Of a stretch of DNA of 62,490 nt, positions 62,188 through 62,490 are shown in pieces (the stretch's first letter is position 1; every line of letters starts with the position of its first letter). The notes beneath the pieces are model-generated. The model saw only the letters and a list, made by a program, of their open reading frames with translations. It did no database searches and was not told the DNA's origin. The DNA lies in contig JAVKOQ020000051.1 of the NCBI GenBank assembly GCA_031835245.2, forward strand, positions 186,001 to 248,490. Reading direction: 5' to 3'. The translations under genes were made by a program, and so were the position numbers. This stretch comes from Balamuthia mandrillaris. Taxonomy: Eukaryota.

Positions 62188-62457
62188 ATGTTGACTAAGT
62201 CTAACTTAACAAAAGAAAAGGACAAATTATCAAAAAAGAGTGTATTTCAACAGAAAGAAAGAAAGACAACAGGAAAAATACTCCATTATTGCTTTAGAGT
62301 ACATTAAGAAAAAGGAAAAAGAGAATAATGGAAGACTTGAAAGTAAGTATTTTACATAAGAAGTCTTGAAATAAGTGTTGATGATTTTATTAACATACTT
62401 CCTCTTTTAAGAAAAATAGAAAGATAAAAAAATAAAAGAAAAGAATAAGAGTATTCA

Positions 62458-62490
62458 AGGGTTAGGGTTAGGGTTAGGGTTAGGGTTAGG
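62458..62490 (+). repeat. Terminal telomeric array (TTAGGG)n, right chromosome end
   Basis: AGGG(TTAGGG)4TTAGG runs to the end of the window with the G-strand pointing outward. Confidence 0.93.

Larger units (their letters stand above)
58171..62457 (-). mobile_element. Crypton-like tyrosine-recombinase DNA element inserted in telomeric repeats
   Basis: Flanked on both sides by TTAGGG. Inverted repeats GAGTACTCTTA (58173-58183) and TAAGAGTATTC (62446-62456). AT-rich, with one tyrosine-recombinase gene and no reverse transcriptase. Confidence 0.8.

Noticed and set aside
58171..62457. DIRS/Ngaro retrotransposon made of the gag plus the tyrosine recombinase
   Set aside because: There is no RT/RNase H. 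The gag is on the opposite strand, differs in composition and CpG content, has its own TG...CA LTR, and is separated from the recombinase block by telomeric repeats.
1..62490. tRNA, rRNA or CRISPR loci; prokaryotic operon interpretation
   Set aside because: None recognisable by eye (no covariance search was run). Spliceosomal introns and a TTAGGG telomere show this is eukaryotic nuclear DNA.

Overview
Gene-dense, intron-rich eukaryotic DNA that ends in a right-arm telomere (TTAGGG repeats at 62458-62490). Short GT-AG introns with (CT)n tracts, CPW-type ankyrin repeats and SH2 proteins suggest a free-living amoeba (Amoebozoa); the taxon is an inference. Positions 1-56.4 kb hold about 26 tightly packed host genes, including an SLC35F6-like transporter, F-box/kinase, 2OG-Fe(II) oxygenase, PXK/Slob-like kinase, DDX21, DBR1, a crotonase, ubiquilin, a tandem-SH2 protein, GH20 hexosaminidase, SAMHD1-like, TSR3, GNAT, P4-ATPase, AGA, MFS and FNT. 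The last 5.4 kb are the most notable part. An LTR plus Ty3/Gypsy-like gag is cut off mid-capsid by three TTAGGG repeats (58153-58170). A 4.29-kb AT-rich element (58171-62457) follows, bounded on both sides by telomeric repeats and by 11-bp inverted repeats next to a shared AGGG. Its single spliced gene (813 codons, two in-frame TGA) encodes a Cys4 zinc finger, a tyrosine recombinase and a C-terminal TRF-type telobox Myb domain. This is a candidate telomere-targeting, Crypton-like tyrosine-recombinase DNA transposon. Host gene spans were read by eye and are approximate; no database searches were run.
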